Source: a virus. From it: 64,000 bases of DNA. The stretch covers positions 17,928 to 81,927 of IMG/VR virus record IMGVR_UViG_3300046001_006396. One strand, 5' to 3'. Shown here piece by piece: positions 55,941 to 64,000 of this stretch. Made by a program: the position numbers and the translations under genes. Each line of letters begins with the position of its first letter. Within the stretch, counting starts at the first letter, position 1. The notes beneath the pieces were generated by a model. That model was given only the letters and a program-made list of their open reading frames with translations. It made no database searches and had not been told where the DNA came from.

Positions 55941-55988
55941 TATGTTATGGTAGATATTTATAGATAAATAATAAACTACCATAACATA
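55941..55988 (+). promoter_or_regulatory. 13-bp inverted repeat enclosing a TATTTATA motif upstream of the HNH gene
   Basis: TATGTTATGGTAG (55941-55953) and CTACCATAACATA (55976-55988); motif at 55955; ATG at 55995. Confidence 0.7.
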
Positions 55989-55994
55989 TAATTT

Positions 55995-56543
55995 ATGCAT
56001 CATAATACTAAAAACTTAATTGGTAAGACTTTTAATAGGTTAACTGTTGTAAGAATAGTGGAAAGAGATGAACACACCCCAACTAAAAGGAGAGGGACTT
56101 TTTGGTTATGTAAATGTGAATGTGGTAATGAAAGAATAGTAATGTCTACTGAATTAACTAGAGGTGACACAAAGTCGTGTGGGTGTGGTAATAAATTTGA
56201 AAAATCACATAATTATAGGGGTGTTGGAAAATTATCACAATCTAAATTTTCACATATAAAATGGGGAGCAAAAAAAAGAGGATTAGAATTTTCAATAACT
56301 AAAGAATATGTTTGGGAATTATATCAAAATCAAGAAGGTAGATGCTTTTATACTCAATTACCAATTGAATTGAACACTAAAAATAATGGTATGACGGCAT
56401 CTATTGATAGAATTGATTCTAAAAAAGGTTACATTGAGGGTAATGTTGTTTGGGTACATAAAGATATTAATATTATGAAAAATGTTTTTTCTAAACAACA
56501 TTTTTTAATGTTGTGTAAAAAAGTAGTTGAAAACCACAAATAA
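55995..56543 (+). mobile_element. Free-standing HNH-type homing endonuclease gene
   Basis: GKTFNRLTV...WLCKCECGNE...GDTKSCGC N-terminal module; QEGRCFYT...SIDRIDSKKGYIEGNVVWVHKDINIMK nuclease core. Confidence 0.8.
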
Positions 56544-56552
56544 TAAACTTAA

Positions 56553-56603
56553 CTCACAAAACACGAAAAAGGTAATGAGAACCTACAAGAATCCCAACGA
56601 TAA
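56553..56603 (+). pseudogene. Displaced 3' remnant of the DUF5522-like gene
   Basis: Reads LTKHEKGNENLQESQR*. 20 of 27 nt match 55891-55917 (EKGNTTLKE). Confidence 0.55.
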
Positions 56604-56617
56604 GTTGGGATTTTTTT
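56590..56617 (+). terminator. Rho-independent terminator
   Basis: ATCCCAAC-GATAA-GTTGGGAT followed by a T run. Confidence 0.75.
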
Positions 56618-56665
56618 ATTTTATATCTATTTATTAGAAAATTCGCAAGATTATATTTATTAGAT

Positions 56666-57127
56666 ATGGCAAATGGAATAACATACGGTATAAATTTCCC
56701 CTTTAGAGAAAGTTTAGACGGAAAGTATTTATCACTTTCACAAACAACTGATGAAGAAATAAGGACCGATTTAATACATCTATTACTCACAAGAAAAGGT
56801 AGTAGATATTATTTACCCGATTTTGGTACAAGATTGTATGAGTTTATTTTTGAACCATTAGACGGGGATACGTTTGATTCAATGAGAACTGAAATACAGG
56901 ATTCTGTAACTAAATATATACCTAATCTAACGATTCAAAATATTAGTATTGAACCTTACGATTCGTCAGAAATTTCTAAAGGAGAGTTAAATCCGGCACA
57001 GTTTGATTTACCAACATATGCGGTTCCGGGTGCCAATACTGAAGAATACACGGCAAAAATAAAGATTGAGTACATTAACGGAAATAATGCGTTTGGTACT
57101 AGAGAATTTGTAATAATCAATTTATAA
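56666..57127 (+). CDS. Baseplate wedge / sheath initiator (gp25/GPW-like)
   Basis: GINFPF, LIHLLLTRKGSRYYLPDFGTRLYEFIFEP. Confidence 0.88.
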   Translation: MANGITYGINFPFRESLDGKYLSLSQTTDEEIRTDLIHLLLTRKGSRYYLPDFGTRLYEFIFEPLDGDTFDSMRTEIQDSVTKYIPNLTIQNISIEPYDSSEISKGELNPAQFDLPTYAVPGANTEEYTAKIKIEYINGNNAFGTREFVIINL

Positions 57128-57129
57128 TT

Positions 57130-58971
57130 ATGGCTAATAGAAAAATATCATATACTGAAAGAGATTTTGAAGGTCTGAGAAACGACTTAATAAATTATAC
57201 ACAACAATATTATCCAGAATTAATTCAAAACTTTAATGATGCTTCGGTTTTTTCTGTATTGATGGATTTAAATGCTGCGATAGGTGATAATTTAAATTTT
57301 AATATTGATAGAAGTATACAAGAAACAGTTTTACAGTATGCGCAACAAAGATCATCAATATTTAATATTGCAAGAACTTATGGATTAAAAGTTCCTGGAT
57401 ATAGACCATCTGTCGCAATAGTTGACATATCAATAACTGTACCCGCATTAGGGGACTCTGAAGATATTAGATATTTGGGTATTTTAAGAACAGGAACACA
57501 ATTTAATGGAGGAGGCACGACTTTTGAAACCGTTTATGATATTGATTTTTCTTCACAATATAACAGAGAAGGATTTATAAATAGAACAAAAATTCCAATT
57601 TTTAGTGATAATAATAACTCACCATCACAATACGTTATAACAAAACGAGAGGTTGTGGTTAACGGAACAACACAAGTATTTAAAAAAGTTGTAACACCAG
57701 GAGAAGTGATACCATTTTATAATTTCTTTTTACCTGATAAAAATATATTAGGAGTAACATCGGTAATACAAAAAGAAGGGACGACCTATCAAGCAACACC
57801 ATCCTTTTCTGAATTTGCGAGTTCAACAAATAGATGGTATGAAGTTGATGCGTTGGTTGAGGATACAGTATTTATTGAAGACCCAACAAAACCTGTTGAC
57901 AATGCAGGAGTAAAAGTTGGTAAGTATTTAAAAACGGATAATCGTTTCATTACCGAATATACGCCTGAAGGGTTTTTAAAAATTCAATTTGGTGCCGGTA
58001 CGGTTACTCCTGATGAACAACTAAGACAATTCACGACGACAGGAATACCTTTAAAATTACAAAATTTTCAAAACAACATTGGATTAGGTTTAACTGTAAA
58101 ACCAAACACTACTCTGTTTGTCCAATATAGAACAGGTGGAGGACTCTCAAGTAATGTTGGTGTTGGGGCAATTAATCAAGTGGGTTTAGTTGATTTCACA
58201 GTTAACGGACCTTCAGAGACAACTAATAATAATGTTATACAATCATTGAAAGTCAATAACGTAACTGCAGCAATTGGTGGAGCAAATCAACCTACAGTTG
58301 AAGAAGTTAGAAATATGGTTACATATAACTTTTCGGCACAAAAAAGGGCAGTAACAATTAATGACTACAAATCGTTAATTGATACAATGCCGGGTAATTT
58401 TGGGGCACCAGCAAAAGTGTCAATAACTGAAAATAATAATAAAATTGCAATCAAAATATTATCATACGATAGTACGGGAGTTCTAACTCAAACTATTTCA
58501 AATAACTTAAAAACAAATTTGGCAACATACCTTTCAAAATTTAGAATGATAAACGATTATATTTCTATTGAAGTTGCAAAAGTGATTGATTTAGAGTTTG
58601 AATTTTACATTGTCTTAGATTCTAGTGGGTCACAAGGTGACGTTATTTCCCAAGTTATAAATTCTGTAAGTACCTATATGTCCCCTGCAAATAGAGAGTT
58701 AGGTCAAAATGTTAATGTTTCAGAAATAAACACACTAATTCAAAATATTGCAGGGGTTAATGTACTATCTGAAGTTAGGATATATAATAAGATAGGTGGA
58801 CAATATTCGTCATCTGAAACTTCACAAAGGTACGTTGATAAAAATAACAAACAAATTGAATTAATTGACAATACTATCTTTGCTGAACCTGACCAAATAT
58901 ATCAAATTAGATTCTCAAACAAAGACATTAAGGTTAGGATTAAAAACCTCACATCAGTAGACTTTTCATAA
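57130..58971 (+). CDS. Baseplate wedge protein (gp6 / baseplate J-like)
   Basis: YTERDFEGLRNDLI, ARTYG, IQFGAG, GGLSSNVG, AAIGGAN, QKRAVTINDY. Confidence 0.85.
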   Translation: MANRKISYTERDFEGLRNDLINYTQQYYPELIQNFNDASVFSVLMDLNAAIGDNLNFNIDRSIQETVLQYAQQRSSIFNIARTYGLKVPGYRPSVAIVDISITVPALGDSEDIRYLGILRTGTQFNGGGTTFETVYDIDFSSQYNREGFINRTKIPIFSDNNNSPSQYVITKREVVVNGTTQVFKKVVTPGEVIPFYNFFLPDKNILGVTSVIQKEGTTYQATPSFSEFASSTNRWYEVDALVEDTVFIEDPTKPVDNAGVKVGKYLKTDNRFITEYTPEGFLKIQFGAGTVTPDEQLRQFTTTGIPLKLQNFQNNIGLGLTVKPNTTLFVQYRTGGGLSSNVGVGAINQVGLVDFTVNGPSETTNNNVIQSLKVNNVTAAIGGANQPTVEEVRNMVTYNFSAQKRAVTINDYKSLIDTMPGNFGAPAKVSITENNNKIAIKILSYDSTGVLTQTISNNLKTNLATYLSKFRMINDYISIEVAKVIDLEFEFYIVLDSSGSQGDVISQVINSVSTYMSPANRELGQNVNVSEINTLIQNIAGVNVLSEVRIYNKIGGQYSSSETSQRYVDKNNKQIELIDNTIFAEPDQIYQIRFSNKDIKVRIKNLTSVDFS

Positions 58972-59043
58972 GATTCTTTATTTTGGTTAATTAGATATTA
59001 CTTTTAAAAGTAATAACATAACTATTTATCAACAAAGACAAAA

Positions 59044-62000
59044 ATGACCAAGAGTTACAGAATAAAGGCTAATCCGGGTTCCGACAAAAATATAAGAGTA
59101 CAGATTGATCAAGATTTTGATTTAATTGAAATATTATCATTAAAATTAAAACAAGATGAGGTTTATACAAGATTTTGTTCGGATTATGGTGTAATTGCTG
59201 GACGAGTAATTGCGAATGGAGGGTATGGGGTACCTAATGTCTCTATATCGGTTTTTGTACCCTTATCTGTAGAAGATGAAAATGACGAAGTAATATCAAC
59301 CCTTTATCCGTATAAAACTCTTTCAGATAAAAATGAAGACGGATATAGGTATAATTTATTACCATATGTTCAAGAATATGGTGGACACACACCAACAGGA
59401 ACTTTTCCCGATAGAGAAGATTTGTTATCTCGTACCGAAGTGTTAGAGGTATATGAAAAATATTATAAGTTTACCGTAAGAACAAATGAGAGTGGTGACT
59501 TTATGATTGTTGGTGTTCCATTAGGACAACAAAAAGTCGTAATGGATATGGACCTATCTAATATTGGTTGTTTTTCACAAAGACCTTCCGATTTAATAAG
59601 GATGGGTTTAGGTGTTGAAGGACAATTCAATGGATCACAATTTAGGTCAAACACTAACTTGGCAATGTTACCACAAATCATTAATGTTAATAAAGAAGTT
59701 GAGGTTGATGCTTTTTGGGGAGACACTAATTCATGTACTGTTGGAATAACAAGAGTTGATTTTGATTTGAGAGAATCGGGAATTGAAATAAGTCCACAGG
59801 GTATTTTTATGGGTTCCATATTCAGTAATTCGGATGAAGATGAATTAAAATTGAGTTGTAAACCTAGTTTAAATACAGGTGCACTTTGTGATATGGTAGC
59901 CCAAGCCGGATCAATAATAGCAATAAGACAAACAATTTTCAGTGACGTTAACGGGTTTCCCGTTTTAGAAGAACACAAATTTGAAGACGGAGGTAATATT
60001 ATTGACGATAACGGAACTTGGTTAGTTGAAGTACCAATGAACCTTGATTATGTTAGTACAAATGAATTTGGTGAACAGGTATTATCTAACGACCCAAATA
60101 TCGGAATACCGACAAAAGGAAGATATAGATTTAGAGTAAGGTATCAAGTTGAAGACCCAACAGGAAATGACGTTATTAGGGCAGATTATTTAGTACCAAA
60201 CATCAAAGAGTATGGTTGGTCATCCCAAAGCCAAAACGAACCCGATGATTTAATACTACAGGAAAAATCATACGCATTTAGTTTGGATTGGGCCGACTAC
60301 GGAGACCCAACAACTCTATTAGGTAGACAAATCATACAAGAGGCAATAGACTGTAAGGATAAGTTTTTTGAACTTAATTATAATCGTGTTTATACTGTAT
60401 CAGGACATATTGATAGATGGAAATGGGGATACCTTCCTGGTAGAGTTTTAGGTATTAAAGAAATAACAGAAAGGGCTTGTACGGCAACCACAAATAGATT
60501 TCCTACAAACGACGCTCAATTTAGGTTTGATTTGATATTTTTTGTAGTTTATTTTGTTATTTCTATATTTTACCCACTAATTTATGTTTTCATAGTTACT
60601 CTACACGTTTTAGCTTGGTTGTATGACATTGTTGTTAAATATTGGAATAAACTTGCCAACTTTTGGAATGATAGGATTGTTTCTCTTTGTTATAAATTAA
60701 ATGATACGAATTTATTTGATATTAATTGTGATGGGTGGTTATTACCATTAATGGACCCAAAAAATCCATTTGCTAGGTATAGCCTACCTATGATATCATA
60801 TCCTGACTGTGAAAGTTGTTCTTGCGAAGTTGTACAAGTACCCGACGATTTAGTTGAAATTTATAGAGATAATGGTAATTTTAGCCCATTGATTAATAGT
60901 AACTCATTAAGTAATTATGAGGGGTATGATGAATCTTTTGTTGCAAATCAAATTAGAAATTCCGACCCTAACTCTAACACTGATTCTAATTATGATTTTA
61001 CAGACCTATCTTTAAATAGTGCTGTAAGACAAGGACTTGCAGGATACAATGGGGATTTTAGTGGAGAAAAGTATAAATTTTTTAAATCACCAATATTAAC
61101 TTGGCCAACACAATCAAGTGCCTCGGCGTCAGTTATGTTTACTGCTCATTGGTCACAGGCATTAAATAGGTTAAATAGTAGACAAGGGTATTACGAATTT
61201 AATAAAATAACAACAACAATAAAAAATATAAACCCATCAACAAATGTTGAGGTACCATCACAACCATTCAAAGACCAACCATTAATTTTGGTTTGTGACG
61301 AAGGCACACTTTCAAGTATGGGATCACCAGGTCAACTATTGACCTTTACGGATATTAATACCATACAGGACCCAAATTTAACGGGATTCACACTTAATTC
61401 TTTTGGTACAAATTCCATAACAGGAAACACCGCATACAATTTAAATGGATTGGTTACTAGAAGTGTTAACTTTTATGAGCCTTGGTACGGGTATCAAAAC
61501 GCTCAAGTATACCTTAAATTAACAAAAGATAAAATTGCTTATAAATTTAAAACGGGATTGGAATACTTTCAGTTTGTTACTGGAGGAACTATGGAACAAC
61601 TTGAACAGTATATTAACTTTAATAACTACGGACCACTACAACAAAACGTATATAACTACGGGATGAAAGGTAGATGGGGTAAAGGTATCAGAACAACAAC
61701 AAATGTTTCTTGGGGATTTTTTCCAAACGCAGTTGTTCGTACTATTGATGAGGATTCATTAGGTAATGTTTATTTAGGTGGAGATTTTACATCATATGGG
61801 ACAAACACATCAAATAGAATAGTTAGAATATTACCATCAGGTTTAATTGACCCTTCGTTTTCTATTGGTACTGGATTTAATGGTTCTGTAAGAAGTATTA
61901 AAGTGCAATCAAATGATAAAGTTGTTGTTGTTGGGGATTTTACTTCTTATAATGGAACATCATCTATCGGTAGAATAGTTAGACTTAATAGTGACGGTTC

Positions 62001-64000
62001 TATAGACCCAACCTTTAACGTCGCTTCTAATGATTTTAATGATAGTTGTAGAACAGTAACTATACAATCTGATGGTAAAATTTTAGTTGGTGGAGAATTT
62101 ACTAATTTTGGTGCACAATCGGCAAACCGAATTATTCGTTTAAGTTCTCTTGGTGTCTATGATGCCACTTTTAATACTTATATTGGGGCAAATAAAGGAT
62201 TTAACGCACCAGTTAATGACATATCATTACAGAGTGACGGTAATATACTAGTCGCGGGAGAGTTTACATTATATAATAATAACCAAAGTGCTAGATACGC
62301 TTGTAGACTACAAACAAATGGTTTACAAGACACAGGGTTTTATATATGTTCACCATCACCAAACGCTAATGATATAAACTACTATGCAAATGTAATTAGA
62401 GAATCTTTAGATGGGTTTAATAACGTTTATATTGGGGGAGGATTTACATCATATCAAGGAACACAAGTTGGTAGACTAATAAAAGTAAACTCATCAGGAG
62501 GATTAATACCAGGGTTTAACCACTATTCTTTAGGACAACCAATTACTTCAAACTTTAACGAGGAGGTATTTGGTTTGGATCTTTATTTAGATGGTGCATT
62601 AAATGAAAAAATTATAGTTGGAGGGGTATTTAGTTCATTTATTAATCAAAATTCGCAAACTGTAAATAGTGGACAAATTATTAGATTAAATTCTAATGGT
62701 GACGTAGACACTAATCAGATAGTATGGTTGGCGTATTCTACTAACGACGCAATTCTTACGGTAAAAAGATTACAAAATACCAATTTTATGGTTGGTGGTA
62801 GTTTTAGTTTGCCGTCTCAGGGTCTTGGAGCAACACAAGCAGCATCAACAAACGTAAAAAGATTCTTAGATAACGGACAAGGGTTATCCGTACAAGGTTC
62901 TGTTTTAGTTTCACCTGAACCTGCGGTTTATAATAGTTGGAAAGTAATTTCTAGACCTAATTATGGTGCTCTTCCTAAATTTTATGTTAGTAATTTTAAA
63001 AATAAAGAAATCATAATTTTAACTAGAGGGGTTGACCCATATACGGAAAAACAAAGAATTGAATACGATTTATCTGAGTTATTTGGACAAAGTTTGGGAA
63101 CAATAAAGGTTTTAGGTGACTATTATTTAAATATTCCTTCACAAAATAATATGGGTAACCTCACAAACACACAACCTTGGCAAGGTCCTGGAGTGACTAA
63201 TTCGCAATGGTGGAACGACTCTAGTACTCCTGAAAGTCATAATGTAATAAATAATAGAAATCCAAAATTATTTTTTAGACCTTATTGTAGTCCTGGACCT
63301 TCAGGAAACTTAGCCATATTCCCACAAGCGTCTTGGAGTGCGTTTACAAACAATTCAATAAAATATTATAATTCAACAGATAAATCACAAGCAAATCACG
63401 TTGCGTATAATAATGATGCTAGAAATATCGCATCATTTACATCCCCTGTTGGTGTATATTCACCACTATCGTACAATTGGTCACAAAATACAAATACCGT
63501 AGGGTTTAATTGGTACGTTGCTGACCCACCAGCAACAATCACACCAACAGGATTCGCGACCTCTGTTTTACCACAAAGTAATATTGAAGGTTCTTCTTTT
63601 GTTGGATCAAGTATAACTACAGGAATTAATGTGGATATTAACAATACTTCTAATTTTATTAGAGTTTATTCACCGGCATACCATTTAGATAACACACCTA
63701 ACATATCAATTGATAATAGTTCTAGATTAGTTTTTAGGTCAGACAGGTTACCTACCTCAACAGCAACTCAGGTATCAGGAAATACATCATTTTCTTTATT
63801 TTTAAATGATAACTTTAAAATGTATAAGGTGTCTGAGACAGGACTATCAACAGAACTAACATTCACCCCATTTACTCCTTTAAATATTGGTGTAAGCGCA
63901 GACTTTTTGGATAAACCCACAGGAAGTACTGTGTCTGATTTAGTAATTAATAGTTTATCTTGTGAGGGTTTGGTACCACTTGCATGTTATTCAGGTATTT
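59044..64000 (+). CDS. Very large virion/tail-associated protein (>1650 aa, truncated by the window end) with a hydrophobic segment and delta-60/DUF5122-type beta-propeller repeats
   Basis: Not in the ORF track. Starts MTKSYRIKANPG...YGVIAGRVIANGGYGVPNVSISVF...RTNESGDFMIVGVP. The frame was spot-checked open at several points through to the end. QSDGKILVGGEFTNF-type repeats lie at about 61730-62810. TATTTAT at 59023. Confidence 0.75.
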   Translation, partial: MTKSYRIKANPGSDKNIRVQIDQDFDLIEILSLKLKQDEVYTRFCSDYGVIAGRVIANGGYGVPNVSISVFVPLSVEDENDEVISTLYPYKTLSDKNEDGYRYNLLPYVQEYGGHTPTGTFPDREDLLSRTEVLEVYEKYYKFTVRTNESGDFMIVGVPLGQQKVVMDMDLSNIGCFSQRPSDLIRMGLGVEGQFNGSQFRSNTNLAMLPQIINVNKEVEVDAFWGDTNSCTVGITRVDFDLRESGIEISPQGIFMGSIFSNSDEDELKLSCKPSLNTGALCDMVAQAGSIIAIRQTIFSDVNGFPVLEEHKFEDGGNIIDDNGTWLVEVPMNLDYVSTNEFGEQVLSNDPNIGIPTKGRYRFRVRYQVEDPTGNDVIRADYLVPNIKEYGWSSQSQNEPDDLILQEKSYAFSLDWADYGDPTTLLGRQIIQEAIDCKDKFFELNYNRVYTVSGHIDRWKWGYLPGRVLGIKEITERACTATTNRFPTNDAQFRFDLIFFVVYFVISIFYPLIYVFIVTLHVLAWLYDIVVKYWNKLANFWNDRIVSLCYKLNDTNLFDINCDGWLLPLMDPKNPFARYSLPMISYPDCESCSCEVVQVPDDLVEIYRDNGNFSPLINSNSLSNYEGYDESFVANQIRNSDPNSNTDSNYDFTDLSLNSAVRQGLAGYNGDFSGEKYKFFKSPILTWPTQSSASASVMFTAHWSQALNRLNSRQGYYEFNKITTTIKNINPSTNVEVPSQPFKDQPLILVCDEGTLSSMGSPGQLLTFTDINTIQDPNLTGFTLNSFGTNSITGNTAYNLNGLVTRSVNFYEPWYGYQNAQVYLKLTKDKIAYKFKTGLEYFQFVTGGTMEQLEQYINFNNYGPLQQNVYNYGMKGRWGKGIRTTTNVSWGFFPNAVVRTIDEDSLGNVYLGGDFTSYGTNTSNRIVRILPSGLIDPSFSIGTGFNGSVRSIKVQSNDKVVVVGDFTSYNGTSSIGRIVRLNSDGSIDPTFNVASNDFNDSCRTVTIQSDGKILVGGEFTNFGAQSANRIIRLSSLGVYDATFNTYIGANKGFNAPVNDISLQSDGNILVAGEFTLYNNNQSARYACRLQTNGLQDTGFYICSPSPNANDINYYANVIRESLDGFNNVYIGGGFTSYQGTQVGRLIKVNSSGGLIPGFNHYSLGQPITSNFNEEVFGLDLYLDGALNEKIIVGGVFSSFINQNSQTVNSGQIIRLNSNGDVDTNQIVWLAYSTNDAILTVKRLQNTNFMVGGSFSLPSQGLGATQAASTNVKRFLDNGQGLSVQGSVLVSPEPAVYNSWKVISRPNYGALPKFYVSNFKNKEIIILTRGVDPYTEKQRIEYDLSELFGQSLGTIKVLGDYYLNIPSQNNMGNLTNTQPWQGPGVTNSQWWNDSSTPESHNVINNRNPKLFFRPYCSPGPSGNLAIFPQASWSAFTNNSIKYYNSTDKSQANHVAYNNDARNIASFTSPVGVYSPLSYNWSQNTNTVGFNWYVADPPATITPTGFATSVLPQSNIEGSSFVGSSITTGINVDINNTSNFIRVYSPAYHLDNTPNISIDNSSRLVFRSDRLPTSTATQVSGNTSFSLFLNDNFKMYKVSETGLSTELTFTPFTPLNIGVSADFLDKPTGSTVSDLVINSLSCEGLVPLACYSGI

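Noticed and set aside
225-63644. Many short antisense or out-of-frame ORFs in the track (for example 21036-21431, 29955-30395, 47946-48548, 50370-50879, 59463-59978)
   Set aside because: They lie within or opposite well-supported genes, have no recognisable motifs, and look like shadow ORFs.
1-64000. Stop-codon recoding, as seen in some large phages
   Set aside because: Core genes are full length in the standard code, and TAG/TGA appear to act as normal stops (for example at 26860 and 55932).
1-64000. CRISPR array, tRNA or rRNA genes
   Set aside because: Intergenic gaps are short and hold only promoter or terminator-like elements; no spaced repeats or cloverleaf sequences were seen.
61700-64000. 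Diversity-generating retroelement target in the tail protein
   Set aside because: No reverse transcriptase and no template/variable repeat pair is visible in this window.

Overview
AT-rich, gene-dense 64 kb segment of a large T4-like (contractile-tailed) phage genome, read in the standard genetic code. The left end (1-12850, minus strand) is a glycan-biosynthesis cassette: class III and DegT aminotransferases, CMP-nonulosonate synthetase, a Maf/DUF115-like transferase, GT10 and GT11 fucosyltransferase-like genes, several GT2/GT4 genes, a NeuD-type acetyltransferase and methyltransferases, followed by dUTPase and a stand-alone exonuclease. The rest interleaves replication genes (PolB, SNF2 helicase, gp32-like SSB, UvsX/RecA, 5'-3' exonuclease, DnaB, class II RNR) with neck, tail and baseplate genes (sheath, tube, tail chaperone, tape measure, two >2000-aa baseplate proteins, gp25, gp6 and a large truncated protein with delta-60 repeats). 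Starts lack Shine-Dalgarno motifs, which suggests a Bacteroidota host (inference). Top leads: (1) a possible virion O-glycosylation system, pairing the glycan cassette with recurrent [S/T]-[G/A]-x-T motifs in structural proteins; (2) a candidate UUU_CGC +1 frameshift in the tail chaperone; (3) an HNH cassette that appears to have replaced the 3' end of its host gene and has a promoter motif inside a hairpin; (4) late-type enzymes (metallopeptidase-SOD fusion, WYL, HAD) with [I/L]-x-E motifs that may mark capsid cargo; (5) a conserved TATTTAT(A) promoter motif. All functional calls come from motif recognition by eye; no searches were run. No tRNA, rRNA or CRISPR array was seen.
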